A stretch of 59,935 nt of DNA from Nitrospira sp. (GCA_027020665.1 JALUVJ010000046.1:1-59935), one strand, 5' to 3'; positions 9,488-19,377 are shown, counted from the stretch's first letter. Notes: a model not told the origin generated them from the letters alone. Made by a program: numbers and translations.

Positions 9488-10597
9488 TTATTTTTTCAGC
9501 AAAATGGAAAGCGAGGCTTCGTCGTTATTCGCAACCGCTACATCCATGCCGCCATCCTGATTGAAGTCTTCCCCAATAAGATAAAAGGGGGCTTTCCCGG
9601 TATAAAAATTCAGCGGAGGATGATTGAACCCGCCCCCCTTTTTCCCTGTGAGGTAGGAGATGTTATTGCTCCGCGTATTGGAGACCACCAAATCCAGTAA
9701 GCCGTCATTGTTCATATCATGGGCAATCGCGGAAGTCGGGCCGCCGTCCGCACCAAAATCCCGATCCTTTTTAAAGCCTTTCCCGTCTTGATTCGAAACA
9801 AAAAGGGTTAACGAATCGCCCAAACCGTTGATCGCCAGCAAGTCCAAATGACTGTCTTGATTAAAATCGGCCGTGATGACGCCGAGCGGATTCATGCCGG
9901 TGCGGAAATGTTCTCCCTCTATGAAGCTGCCGTCCCCCTTCCCCCAGAAAATGGAAAGGTCGCTGCTCGGAGAACCGTTGTTTGCCATGACGAGATCAAT
10001 CAAGCCGTTTTCGTTGAAATCACCGGAAATAATCGCGGTGGGAATCGCACCGATGTCAGCCTCCATGCCCCTTTTAAAACCGCCTTTTCCGTCACCCAGC
10101 AGGATGAGCAAACGGTCAAAACGTGACACAATTGCGATGTCCAGATGGTTGTCGCCGTTAAAATCATTGACCGTGGCGGATTGCGGCGAGCGGTCGGTCC
10201 TTATTTTTTTTGCGATTAAGAAATTTCCACCGCCCTGATTGAGCAAAATAACGATGTTATCCCCGCCGTTGTTCACGACGCCCAGATCCGGTTTTTGATC
10301 TTCATTAAAATCACCGGAGACAAGCCACCGAGGCTGTCTTCCCGTTTTCAGTGTCCGCGTGTTGGGAAAACTGCCGTCATTTTTTCCGAAAAGAATGGAG
10401 ATGCCGTTATCCTGTGAATTGGCAACAATAAGATCAAGCGCCTTATCATCATTAACATCCACAGGAATAATATGAGAAGGGCTTTCTCCAACAGGATAGG
10501 TAACGGGTTGACGAAAGGGATTCGGCGGCGGCTCGGCATTAATGCAGCCGCCGATAAAGGGGAGCAAAACAAAAATCCAATAAAAAACGCAGCGCAT
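9488..10597 (-). CDS. FG-GAP/VCBS-repeat beta-propeller lipoprotein
   Basis: Lipobox-like FIGGC; about seven DxNxDGxxDL repeats. Confidence 0.85.
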   Translation of the reverse strand: MRCVFYWIFVLLPFIGGCINAEPPPNPFRQPVTYPVGESPSHIIPVDVNDDKALDLIVANSQDNGISILFGKNDGSFPNTRTLKTGRQPRWLVSGDFNEDQKPDLGVVNNGGDNIVILLNQGGGNFLIAKKIRTDRSPQSATVNDFNGDNHLDIAIVSRFDRLLILLGDGKGGFKRGMEADIGAIPTAIISGDFNENGLIDLVMANNGSPSSDLSIFWGKGDGSFIEGEHFRTGMNPLGVITADFNQDSHLDLLAINGLGDSLTLFVSNQDGKGFKKDRDFGADGGPTSAIAHDMNNDGLLDLVVSNTRSNNISYLTGKKGGGFNHPPLNFYTGKAPFYLIGEDFNQDGGMDVAVANNDEASLSILLKK

Positions 10598-10753
10598 CGG
10601 TTTATTTTACGGAGTTTTTATGCCATGTCAATTTTTATGTTCGATTACTGGAAATACGGTTTTCCGGCCGCCCGGGTTGATTGAAAAAACGCAAAAAGAT
10701 CGGTATGCTTTTGCAACACATGAACCGACCGACAGTATTGAGGGAACCGGAAT

Positions 10754-11152
10754 ATGGCGCTTCAAGGACTACGACATCTTGCATTACGCGTCAGTGACCT
10801 TTCAAATGCCCGCCGTTTTTATGAAGATCTGCTCGACATGAAAGCCGTTTGGCAGCCGGATGATTTTAGTTTATATCTTTCTTCAGGCTGTGACAACCTT
10901 GCCTTGCACCAAATCGCGCCGGACGAATCCCTCAACCCGAAAGGGCAAACACTCGATCATTTGGGATTTATCGCTGAAAACGAAACCGAAGTCGATACGA
11001 TTTTCGAAAAAATGAAGGCTGCGCAGGTGCCCATCGTAAAACCCCTTAAACGCCATCGCGACCAAAGTTACTCCTTTTACATGGCCGACCCGGACGGCAA
11101 TGTCATCCAGATTCTTTACGAACCCCACATCAGTCCGATGAAATTCAGCTGA
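10754..11152 (+). CDS. VOC/glyoxalase family protein
   Basis: LRHLALRV, DHLGF and YMADPDGNVIQI motifs. Confidence 0.88.
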   Translation: MALQGLRHLALRVSDLSNARRFYEDLLDMKAVWQPDDFSLYLSSGCDNLALHQIAPDESLNPKGQTLDHLGFIAENETEVDTIFEKMKAAQVPIVKPLKRHRDQSYSFYMADPDGNVIQILYEPHISPMKFS

Positions 11153-11171
11153 AAGTGATCCGGAGAGATTC

Positions 11172-11855
11172 ATGCCTTTAAGCGAAAAGCACGGCGCAAC
11201 GGAGTCCCCTTCCCTGGAATCGGAAGTGCTCGCACTCATTTCCGCCGCCGCCGAAGGCATGTTTGCAAACGACGAAAACGGTCGCATCCTCATCTGGAAT
11301 CAGGCTGCGGAAGCCATACTGGGATACAGCGCAGCGGAAGTCCTCGGCAAGGCCTGTTTCGACATTGTATCCGGCCGGGAGTTTTCGGGCCTTCCCTTTT
11401 GTTTTAAAGGCTGTTCCGTGCTTGCGATGGCCAAAGCCCACCACGCACCACAAGCCTTCACGGTCAAGGCCACAACAAAATCCGGTGAGAAGGTCTGGAT
11501 TCAAACCAAGATCGTCGTGCTTTCGACCGAAAAATGGCAAGGACCGATCACCGTGCATCTTTTTAAAAAAGTACCCGAACCGGAGACAGACCCGCGCTTA
11601 CAATCCAAACCCGAACCGAACCCTTATGTCACACCGGAACTTTCTCCGCGGGAAAAAGACGTGCTGGCCCTCATGGCCCGCTGCATGGTGGCCAAAGAAA
11701 TCGGCACCCATCTCGGCATCAGCACCGAAACCGCCCGAACCCATATCCAGCGCATTCTCAAAAAACTCCACACCCACAGCAAGCTCGAAGCCGTTATCAT
11801 TGCGATGCAATCCGGTCTCCTGAATAACGGTGATCTTCAGGTCATTCAGGGCTAA
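11172..11855 (+). CDS. PAS-domain plus LuxR-type HTH transcriptional regulator
   Basis: PAS (DENGRILIWNQAAEAILGY) and C-terminal LSPREKDVL...IGTHLGISTETARTHIQRILKKL. Confidence 0.88.
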   Translation: MPLSEKHGATESPSLESEVLALISAAAEGMFANDENGRILIWNQAAEAILGYSAAEVLGKACFDIVSGREFSGLPFCFKGCSVLAMAKAHHAPQAFTVKATTKSGEKVWIQTKIVVLSTEKWQGPITVHLFKKVPEPETDPRLQSKPEPNPYVTPELSPREKDVLALMARCMVAKEIGTHLGISTETARTHIQRILKKLHTHSKLEAVIIAMQSGLLNNGDLQVIQG

Positions 11856-11859
11856 AACA

Positions 11860-12738
11860 ATGCAGGAAAAGCCACTTACCTTTCAGATGACGCCGCCGGA
11901 TGAAACGCCGGAAGAAGTGAAGGAAATGATGACGGCCTTGCAGCAAGACCCTTATCTAAAAATCAGGGACGCGGATTTACGCCGGCGCGGCATCGCTCCC
12001 GGCCGGATCCGGCGCTGGTTTAAAAACCACCACGGGATGACCTTCCACGCCTATCAACGCATGTTGCGCATCAATACCGCCTTTACCCATATTCAAAACG
12101 GCGCGGCCGTTACGACCTCCGCCTCTGACCGCGGTTTTGAATCCTTGAGCACCTTTAGCGACAATGTGCGATCTCTTTTTGGCACGTCGCCTTCAACGGA
12201 CCGTGAAAAAACCGTTTTGACTCTTGTGCGCTTCACAACTCCCATCGGCCCCATGTTCGCTTGTGCGAGTGAAAAAGGGCTGTGCCTGCTTGAATTCACC
12301 GATCGCCGCATGTTGGAAACCGAATTTAAAGACCTGCGCCATCGTTTGAATGCTGTCATCCTTCCCGGAGAAAACCCGCATTTAAACCAAGTGCAACGCG
12401 AGATTCAAGACTATTTTTCGGGCAGGCGCAAGACCTTTACCGTGCCCTTGCATGCGCCGGGCACAGCCTTTCAGCAGTCGGTTTGGACGGCCTTGCAAGA
12501 CATTCCCTACGGCCAAACCCGTTCATACAAAGAACAGGCCGTTGTATTGGGGAAACCCAAAGCCGTTCGTGCCCTCGCTTCCGCAAACGGGCACAATCGC
12601 ATCGGCATCATCATCCCCTGCCACCGCGTCATCGGCTCGGACGGACATTTAACCGGATACGGCGGCGGCCTGCATCGCAAAAAATGGCTGCTCGATTTTG
12701 AAAAAGCACAGCTGAAAAAACCGCGGATCAAGTCATAA
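11860..12738 (+). CDS. ada: Ada-like bifunctional AraC HTH / methylated-DNA-protein-cysteine methyltransferase, lacking the N-terminal Zn domain
   Basis: RRWFKNHHGMTF AraC region, GTAFQQSVW, PCHRV active site, GYGGG; ATG at 11860. Confidence 0.85.
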   Translation: MQEKPLTFQMTPPDETPEEVKEMMTALQQDPYLKIRDADLRRRGIAPGRIRRWFKNHHGMTFHAYQRMLRINTAFTHIQNGAAVTTSASDRGFESLSTFSDNVRSLFGTSPSTDREKTVLTLVRFTTPIGPMFACASEKGLCLLEFTDRRMLETEFKDLRHRLNAVILPGENPHLNQVQREIQDYFSGRRKTFTVPLHAPGTAFQQSVWTALQDIPYGQTRSYKEQAVVLGKPKAVRALASANGHNRIGIIIPCHRVIGSDGHLTGYGGGLHRKKWLLDFEKAQLKKPRIKS

Positions 12739-12786
12739 ACCGTTTTTTCAAGAGATAAAATTCAACCCGGATTTGATCAGAGCGTC
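12726..12786. repeat. Internally deleted copy of the MITE-like element at 54042-54199
   Basis: AAAATTCAACCCGGATTTGATCAGAGCGTC matches AAAATTCAACCCGGACTCAATCAGAGCGTC at ~54169-54198. ATCAAGTCATAAACCGTTTTTTCAAG resembles the other end. Confidence 0.7.
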
Positions 12787-12809
12787 AAATTACAAACCAG
12801 GAGTCCAAA

Positions 12810-13607
12810 ATGAAAAAAATTGCAATAAGCGTGTTCTTTTTGACGGTCTTTTCTTTGAACGCACAGGCCGCACTGCAAAGCAAAGAAATCAAGTACACCG
12901 TTGGCGAAAATGAATTTACCGGCTACTTGGCCTTTGACGACGCCGTCAGCGGCAAACGTCCCGGCGTACTCGTCGTGCACGAATGGTGGGGACATAATGA
13001 CTACGCCCGCGAACGGGCAGAAATGTTGGCCAAGCTGGGTTACACCGCCTTTGCCCTGGACATGTACGGTACGGGCAAGTTGGCCAAACATCCCGAAGAC
13101 GCTCAAAAATTCATGCAAGCGGCCGTGGGGCAGTTGCCCGTGGCCGAAAAACGCTTCAAAGCCGCCTATGATATTTTGGCGAAACAAAAAACGGTCGACG
13201 TCAAAAATATTGCAGCCATCGGCTATTGCATGGGCGGCGGTATCGTCATGCACATGGCACGCACGGGTGTGGTTGAAATGAAGGGTGTCGTAAGTTTCCA
13301 CGGCAGCTTCGCCGTCGCCACGCAAACGCCCTCTCAGCCCGGTCAGGGCAAAGGCAAGGTACTCGCTTTCACCGGGGCCGCCGATCCCTTCGTGCCGATA
13401 GAATCCGTCCAGGCCTTTGTAAAATCCATGACCGAAGCGGGTGTGGACTACGAGCTTAAAAGTTATCCCGGTGTTCAACATAGTTTCACCGTTCCCACCG
13501 CTACGGAAAAAGGGAAAAAATTTAAACTGCCCTTGGTTTATGACAAAGCGGCGGACCAAAATTCTTGGCGGCGCACCCAATCTTTTTTCAAAACCATTTT
13601 TAAATAA
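12810..13607 (+). CDS. Exported dienelactone hydrolase family protein
   Basis: Signal peptide, VHEWWG, GYCMGG nucleophile elbow, ADPF and HSFT motifs. Confidence 0.9.
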   Translation: MKKIAISVFFLTVFSLNAQAALQSKEIKYTVGENEFTGYLAFDDAVSGKRPGVLVVHEWWGHNDYARERAEMLAKLGYTAFALDMYGTGKLAKHPEDAQKFMQAAVGQLPVAEKRFKAAYDILAKQKTVDVKNIAAIGYCMGGGIVMHMARTGVVEMKGVVSFHGSFAVATQTPSQPGQGKGKVLAFTGAADPFVPIESVQAFVKSMTEAGVDYELKSYPGVQHSFTVPTATEKGKKFKLPLVYDKAADQNSWRRTQSFFKTIFK

Positions 13608-13654
13608 GGACGCCCGGGTCTCATTTTTTTACCCCGCACTTAATCAGAGCCGCC
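13608..13654. repeat. Collapsed relic of the same MITE-like family
   Basis: (TAA)GGACGC...CCCGCACTTAATCAGAGCCGCC(TTAA) resembles both termini of the element at 54042. Confidence 0.5.
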
Positions 13655-13673
13655 TTAAAACCACTCACTTGCA

Positions 13674-14801
13674 ATGGAACCGTTTAAAAATTTCTTCAAT
13701 GAAGCCATCATCGCCGGCATGGGAGATCATTTTTTGAAAGCCTGGCCGGGTTTTGATCGGACAGGCTTTGTGCAAACGGCGATACATCATTTGGACACAC
13801 TCGAACTCAAACAACGTTCTGATCAAATCACCCGGGCCATGCAAAATTATTTACCCGACGATTTTGTCCACGCAGGCGACATTATGCTGAGCAGCCTTAC
13901 CCCCGAAGACGGCAGTGATTTGTCCAATGTGCCCGTCAATGAAAAAGGCATCTCCGGTTGGGCCGTGATGCCGATGACACACTACGTCGGTTTGTATGGT
14001 ATGGCAGACTTTGATCTTTCCATGAACTTGTTGAAAGCAATGACAGTCCGATTTTCGTCTGAATTCGGCATCCGCTTTTTTCTGATTGAAAAACAGGAAG
14101 AAACACTCGCGGTATTGATGGATTGGACACAGCATCAAGACGAACATGTGCGCCGGCTCGTCTCCGAAGGCACGCGTCCCCGTCTGCCTTGGGCCATGCA
14201 GTTGCCCGCCTTGATAAAAGATCCCGTTCCCATTCTGCCGCTTTTGGAAGCGTTGAAAGACGACCCTTCCGAATACGTGCGTCGCTCCGTTGCGAATAAC
14301 TTGAATGACATTGCCAAAGATCACCCCGACCTTGTTGCGAACATTGCCGGAGAGTGGATGAAAAATGCCTCCAAAAACCGTCAAAAACTCGTGCGATACG
14401 CGTGTCGCACCCTGATCAAACAAGGTCACCCCGACACATTGAACACCTTGGGTTACGGCCCGGCCCAAGTCACATTGAAACACTTCGCGGTCAAGACACC
14501 CACAGTCATTTTTGGCGATGCGCTGGTTTTTGAAATGGACGTACATTCGGAAGCCAAAAAAGATCAAGCCCTCATCATCGACTACATCATCCACCACCAA
14601 AAAGCGAACGGCCATACGACCCCCAAGGTTTTTAAATGGAAGACGCTGACGCTGCCTGCCGGGAAGAGTCACGCCGCAAGCAGAAAACACCCCTTCAAAC
14701 CAATCACCGTACGGGCTTATTATCCCGGCCGACATCGACTTGAAATTTTAGTGAACGGTGAAATCCTGGGTAGGGCAGATTTTGAGTTGATGATGGATTA
14801 A
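13674..14801 (+). CDS. HEAT-repeat DNA alkylation repair protein (AlkC/AlkD-like)
   Basis: FSSEFGIRFF, HVRRLVSEGTRPRLPW and YVRRSVANNLNDIAKDHP motifs; C-terminal Ig-like domain. Confidence 0.85.
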   Translation: MEPFKNFFNEAIIAGMGDHFLKAWPGFDRTGFVQTAIHHLDTLELKQRSDQITRAMQNYLPDDFVHAGDIMLSSLTPEDGSDLSNVPVNEKGISGWAVMPMTHYVGLYGMADFDLSMNLLKAMTVRFSSEFGIRFFLIEKQEETLAVLMDWTQHQDEHVRRLVSEGTRPRLPWAMQLPALIKDPVPILPLLEALKDDPSEYVRRSVANNLNDIAKDHPDLVANIAGEWMKNASKNRQKLVRYACRTLIKQGHPDTLNTLGYGPAQVTLKHFAVKTPTVIFGDALVFEMDVHSEAKKDQALIIDYIIHHQKANGHTTPKVFKWKTLTLPAGKSHAASRKHPFKPITVRAYYPGRHRLEILVNGEILGRADFELMMD

Positions 14802-14984
14802 GGAAACGCTGACGAAGTCCGGGCTGTTGGATGATCGGCCGATTCGGAGAGTGCATCAACTGACGATCCGGAGCAACTTTATTCCCTTTCGGCAATCTGA
14901 GAACAGGATCTGGACAAATGGAAGGATGGCATAGAATAATAACCGGCCATCATTTTTTTCGAAGCAGCCTTCAGACTTTATCAT
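14802..14984. repeat. Degenerate MITE-like element with related termini
   Basis: Starts (TAA)GGAAACGCTGACGAAGTCCGGGCTG. Nested inverted matches are ATGATCGGCCGATT/AACCGGCCATCAT and a CAGCC..GACTTTATCA end. Confidence 0.4.
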
Positions 14985-15033
14985 TTTAAATGTCTATAAT
15001 GAAAAGACGCACACCCCGTTAGGAGCATCATTC

Positions 15034-16452
15034 GTGTCCTTTGCTTTTCAGCCGGTCTTTCTTTGGACGGATCGCTTAATCTACTTGTTGCTGTTGTTGG
15101 TCATCGCCCTTCTTTTTTATGTTTCGCGCAAGGAGCACTTGCTTGCGCCCTGGCGGCAAATCCGACGGCGGCAGCTGGCGATGGCGGCCTTGGTCGTGCT
15201 TTTGTTTTATATTGTCATCGGCGTACTCGACTCGGTGCATTTTAGAAAACCTCTGCCTGCCACGGAAACGGGGCAGGAAATCCAATATGATCCTGAGGTG
15301 CTTTCGCTCCTGGATGTTTTGCTCAATCGCTTAAAAGAAAATGAAGAACGCAGCTATTCGGCGCCCTTGGCCGCACGGGCCTTTAACAAGGAGATGATTG
15401 AAGCTGCCGACGGCTCGCAGCACAGAGGGTATCCGCGTTTAAAATTCGGTGGGGCGCACCTTTCAAATCCGGAGGCGGAACGCACGGCCGACGTGCTCAC
15501 GCGAGTCGGCAAACGCCTCGTTTCAGGTCTTTTCATCTGGGGCCTGATTACGCTGTTTTTTGTCATGCTTCTGGCGCGTCGGCATCACAAATCAACGGGA
15601 GAAATGCTACGCGCCGTGTGGCGCGGCGAGACGCAAACGGCGTGGCGGTCGATTTTGTTCACAGCAGGTCTGCTTTTTCTCATCGTAGGCATTCTTGCGC
15701 CTTTGAGCGTGAAATATCACCTCTTTGGCACGGATAAAGTAGGACAGGATGTGCTCTATCTTTCTCTTAAGGGTATCCGTACCGGCTTGGTGATCGGTAC
15801 ACTTACGACCTTGGTGATGTTACCCTTTGCAATTTTTCTGGGTATTTCTGCAGGCTATTTCCGGGGCAAGATTGACGATGCGATTCAATATCTCTATACG
15901 ACGCTCAGTTCCGTTCCGGGGGTTTTGCTGATTGCCTCGGCTGTTTTAATCCTGCAAGTCTACATGGATAAAAATTCAGAAAACTTTGCGAGCATTACGG
16001 AGCGGGCGGATATCCGGCTGATGTTTCTGTGTCTGATCTTGGGCATGACGGGTTGGATCGGGCTTTGCCGACTGTTGCGCGGGGAGACCTTAAAACTGCG
16101 GGAGATGGAATATGTGCAGGCGGCAAAGGCACTTGGCGTTGGCCCGCGCCGGATTATCACCCATCATATTTTGCCGAATGTGATGCACATCGTGCTTATC
16201 GCCGTGGTCTTGGATTTCAGCGGCCTGGTTTTGGCTGAGGCCGTACTTTCTTATGTGGGCGTGGGGGTCGATCCCGCCATGATTTCCTGGGGCAATATGA
16301 TTAACAGCGCCCGGCTGGAATTGGCGCGCGAGCCTGTGGTGTGGTGGTCTTTGGCTTCGGCCTTTATCTTTATGTTTGCGTTGGTGCTTTCGGCGAATAT
16401 TTTCTCGGATGCGGTTCGGGATGCCTTTGATCCCCGGCTTCGGGGACGATAG
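15034..16452 (+). CDS. Peptide/nickel ABC transporter permease (DppC/OppC-like, extended)
   Basis: LFGTDKVGQD, EAA loop (EYVQAAKALG), HILPN and RDAFDPR motifs; GTG start after AGGAG. Confidence 0.88.
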   Translation: MSFAFQPVFLWTDRLIYLLLLLVIALLFYVSRKEHLLAPWRQIRRRQLAMAALVVLLFYIVIGVLDSVHFRKPLPATETGQEIQYDPEVLSLLDVLLNRLKENEERSYSAPLAARAFNKEMIEAADGSQHRGYPRLKFGGAHLSNPEAERTADVLTRVGKRLVSGLFIWGLITLFFVMLLARRHHKSTGEMLRAVWRGETQTAWRSILFTAGLLFLIVGILAPLSVKYHLFGTDKVGQDVLYLSLKGIRTGLVIGTLTTLVMLPFAIFLGISAGYFRGKIDDAIQYLYTTLSSVPGVLLIASAVLILQVYMDKNSENFASITERADIRLMFLCLILGMTGWIGLCRLLRGETLKLREMEYVQAAKALGVGPRRIITHHILPNVMHIVLIAVVLDFSGLVLAEAVLSYVGVGVDPAMISWGNMINSARLELAREPVVWWSLASAFIFMFALVLSANIFSDAVRDAFDPRLRGR

Positions 16453-16457
16453 GGAGA

Positions 16458-16877
16458 ATGAAAATGACGTGGGTGCCGCTTTCTCTTTTAGCCGGTTTGT
16501 CTCTTGCGGTACATGCTTTGGCGATGACAAAATTGACCAAGGGCGGCTTTGATCTGGGCCGGATTAATTTAAATGTCTTTTTTCTGGTTTTTGTTTTTAT
16601 TGCGCTGCAGCAAATTGTTTCGGGCAACGGCTACAAGCTCCCCGCCTCACAACTCCGCTACATTTTTATCGCGGCGGTGGGTGCTTATTCCATTATCTAT
16701 TTTTCGCTCCTGGCCATTGCATCGGCCCCCAACCCCGGTTATGTGAGCGGTTTGACCAGCCTGAGTGCGGTGGTGGTCGCCATCGCCTCGGTGTTTTTAT
16801 TTGATGCGCATTTGAGTGTTTCAAAGTTTGTGGGCATTGTTTTAAGTTTGATCGGGGTTTATTTGATCGGAAGGTGA
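16458..16877 (+). CDS. EamA/DMT-family small transporter
   Basis: 139 aa with about five TM helices; DMT-like C-terminal KFVGIVLSLIGVYLI. Confidence 0.65.
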   Translation: MKMTWVPLSLLAGLSLAVHALAMTKLTKGGFDLGRINLNVFFLVFVFIALQQIVSGNGYKLPASQLRYIFIAAVGAYSIIYFSLLAIASAPNPGYVSGLTSLSAVVVAIASVFLFDAHLSVSKFVGIVLSLIGVYLIGR

Positions 16878-16968
16878 AGCGCGCATTTCAAGGGCATTTC
16901 ACGATGGGGCTTGATCGCCGGGCCATACCCCGCGCCCGCAAGTTTAGGAAGCTGATGCAGCCTGTCTC

Positions 16969-17086
16969 GTAAAACGCTGCGCCGTGCGGGCGCAGCCGAA
17001 ACTTGAAAACCTCTTCTCGGGTCTTCGGCCTGAGCAGTGGGGAGGTTGATGTCTTGGCCTCATTGCGGCGTTCGGGATCGCCCTGG
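16969..17086 (+). pseudogene. Frameshifted, truncated MarR (PecS/TamR-like) regulator remnant
   Basis: VKRCAVRAQPKLENLFSG, then after a 1-nt shift near 17021, FGLSSGEVDVLASLRRSGSPW. This resembles the GLSxxEFDVLATLRRSGxPY signature. Confidence 0.6.
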
Positions 17087-17117
17087 CCGATCGCGATAAA
17101 AGTGGACGACTCTCGTT

Positions 17118-17155
17118 AAAAACCCCGGATAAGATTTCCACCTTATCCGGGGTTT
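17118..17155 (-). terminator. Intrinsic terminator of bolA-grxD
   Basis: AAACCCCGGATAAG-loop-CTTATCCGGGGTTT perfect stem, with a T-run on the minus strand. Confidence 0.8.
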
Positions 17156-17179
17156 AAATCAGTGACGCAATCAGGATGT

Positions 17180-17506
17180 TCATTCGTCGCCAAAGGCTTT
17201 TTTAATGAGGGGCAGGACTTCGCCTTTGCGTTCCATTTCGTCCAGAATATCGGTATCGCCGTAAAACTGGCCGTCAATGAAGACTTTCGGCAGGGTCGGC
17301 CAATTGGTCATCTGAGAGAGCGTTTCCCGTTTTTCCATGTTTCTTAAGACGTCAATGACTTCAAAATCATAACCGTATTTGTTAAAAAAAACGATGGTCT
17401 CTTGTGTAAATCCGCACATCGGCATGGATTTGGTGCCTTTGCCGTAAATGAGGATTTTGTTGTCCGCGATTTCTTTTTTGATTTCATCTTCTACTGCGTT
17501 TGCCAT
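17180..17506 (-). CDS. grxD: Monothiol glutaredoxin (Grx4/GrxD family)
   Basis: KGTKSMPMCGFT and NWPTLPKVFIDG motifs; adjacent to bolA. Confidence 0.85.
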   Translation of the reverse strand: MANAVEDEIKKEIADNKILIYGKGTKSMPMCGFTQETIVFFNKYGYDFEVIDVLRNMEKRETLSQMTNWPTLPKVFIDGQFYGDTDILDEMERKGEVLPLIKKAFGDE

Positions 17507-17525
17507 TGTTTCTCCTTGACATTGA

Positions 17526-17774
17526 TTAGGTCGATGCCGCTTCAGACGGCGTCTGTGACTTGATTTCCAGTGCGTGAATTCGCCCGTCCTTCATCGGCTC
17601 ATTGAGGGCCTGATAAACAAAACGTTGCCGATCCAGCAGGTTTTTTCCTTCGAAAGCCTCGGAAATAATGTGAACCTGGTAATGATCCATAGTGCCTGTG
17701 CGGTCTTTGAGCGTGACCCGGGCATCCGGCATTGCTTTTTCGATGTATCCAATCAAGGTATCCTGGCTAATCAT
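17526..17774 (-). CDS. bolA: BolA/IbaG family protein
   Basis: DHYQVHIISEAFEGK..RQRFVYQAL..IHAL motifs. Confidence 0.9.
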   Translation of the reverse strand: MISQDTLIGYIEKAMPDARVTLKDRTGTMDHYQVHIISEAFEGKNLLDRQRFVYQALNEPMKDGRIHALEIKSQTPSEAAST

Positions 17775-17890
17775 CGCGCTCCTTTTCGGTTCAATAAAAC
17801 ATTTTCGGAAATTATACCCCAGCTAATTTCAAATCGTAAAGTGAAAAGATCGCACCGACACCGGGTAAAAATCTTTGTTATGATAAAACC

Positions 17891-19105
17891 ATGAATCAAA
17901 GGTTGAATACGGCAGCAACGGCGTCTCCCCTCTATACGCGTAATTTCATGTTGCTTTTCACGGCACATCTCTTTTTCGGCTTTTCCTTCTGGCCCTATGT
18001 GCTGTTGCCGGTGTTTATTCAGGATTTGGGCAGCAACCTTGCCGAAGTCGGCATCATCATGGGAGCGGCCTCTGTTTCCGGCATGCTGATTCGCCCTTGG
18101 TCCGGGGACGCCCTTGATCGCATTGGACGCCGCAGTTGTTTGCTTGCGGGCGGCGCAATTTTTTTGCTGACGCATGTTTTTTATCTCATGATTGACCAGA
18201 TCGGACCCTTCGTCTATTTTGTGCGCCTTCTTCACGGTTTGAGCATGGGCATTCTTTTTGCCGCGTTTTTTACTTTTGCGGCCGATATTACACCCCTTCA
18301 CCGGCGGACCGAAGGTATTGCGATCTTCGGCATCGGGGGGCACCTTTCGGGTGCTGTCGGGGTGCCGCTGGGTGAATTCCTGATTCGCACCGGGGGGTAC
18401 CCCGGTTTGTTCAAGGCCGGCGCGGCGTTTACCGTGTTGTTTATAATCCTCAGTTTTTTTCTAAAAGAACCCAAAAAAACGGGTCATCAGCCGAAATTTC
18501 GGCTTCGTGATTTTTTCAGCGCAGGCTTTCAGCCCGCAAATCGCATCCCCCTGATTGCAAACGGGCTTTTTGCCTTGGGGCTTATTTCCTACATGGTTTT
18601 TTTGAAACCTTTTGCGCACGAACAGGGTTTTACCGTGACCTTCTTTTTTATGGCTTACAGCCTGAGTGCGGTTTTAATTCGTCTCGTCGGCGGAAAATGG
18701 CCCGATCAATTCGGGCTTAAGACGGTGCTCTATCCCGCTTTTATTTCACTCGCCCTCGGTATTTTATTGCTCGCATTGTGGCCTTCTCCCGCGGGGCTCT
18801 TGGTGAGCGGAATACTCTGCGGCATCGGCCACGGTTTTGTTTTTCCCATCCTTTCCGTGCTGATTATCAATCGAGGGACAGACAACGGCCGCGGCCGCAG
18901 CATGGCCCTCTTCACACTTTTGTTTGATGTCGGCTTTTTTATCGGTGCGCCGCTTTGGGGCTATATTGCCGAGCACTTCGGCTATCCCCCCATGTTTTAC
19001 CTTTCCGCCGCAAGCGTACTTGTTGCGATCGGCATTTTTGTATTTTTCGACCAACAAGATCCCCTGCGTTTACCTGCCAAAACCATTCGTCCTTCTTCAG
19101 GATGA
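17891..19105 (+). CDS. MFS transporter
   Basis: About 12 TM helices; motif A (GDALDRIGRR; GKWPDQFGLK). Confidence 0.88.
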   Translation: MNQRLNTAATASPLYTRNFMLLFTAHLFFGFSFWPYVLLPVFIQDLGSNLAEVGIIMGAASVSGMLIRPWSGDALDRIGRRSCLLAGGAIFLLTHVFYLMIDQIGPFVYFVRLLHGLSMGILFAAFFTFAADITPLHRRTEGIAIFGIGGHLSGAVGVPLGEFLIRTGGYPGLFKAGAAFTVLFIILSFFLKEPKKTGHQPKFRLRDFFSAGFQPANRIPLIANGLFALGLISYMVFLKPFAHEQGFTVTFFFMAYSLSAVLIRLVGGKWPDQFGLKTVLYPAFISLALGILLLALWPSPAGLLVSGILCGIGHGFVFPILSVLIINRGTDNGRGRSMALFTLLFDVGFFIGAPLWGYIAEHFGYPPMFYLSAASVLVAIGIFVFFDQQDPLRLPAKTIRPSSG

Positions 19106-19156
19106 GCCTTGCTTTTACACAAGCAGCCTGATATAAATCCAGGCGGTACAACATAA

Positions 19157-19330
19157 CTTGTTCAGGTCAGCGCGGCCTTGCGCCGCGCTTAAAAAGGGAA
19201 TCCCGTGAAAATCGGGAGCGGTCCCGCCGCTGTATCGGGGGACGAAACCCACATCAAGCCACTGTCATGTGTGACGGGAAGGCGTGGGGAGTAGGACGAA
19301 CCCGGAGCCAGAAGACCTGCCTGAAACAAG
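19157..19330 (+). ncRNA. Cobalamin riboswitch 1
   Basis: AGGT..hairpin..AAAAGGGAATCCCGTGAAAATCGGGAGCGGTCCCGCCGCTGTA...GCCACTG...GGGAAGGC...AGCCAGAAGACCTGCC B12 box, upstream of btuB. Confidence 0.95.
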
Positions 19331-19377
19331 CGATCGCCACCTGTCTTCGATGGAAAAGACCAGGGATCACGCAGGAT

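Noticed and set aside
9488-10597. FG-GAP repeats as a DNA repeat array
   Set aside because: The repeats are protein-level and degenerate, as in an ordinary beta-propeller.
12777-14735. Long antisense ORFs (267 aa and 294 aa)
   Set aside because: They shadow well-supported + strand genes and have no recognisable motifs.
17180-17506. CGFT instead of CGFS in the glutaredoxin, and KGGVAKT in ParA at 59781
   Set aside because: Conservative variants that leave the key residues intact.
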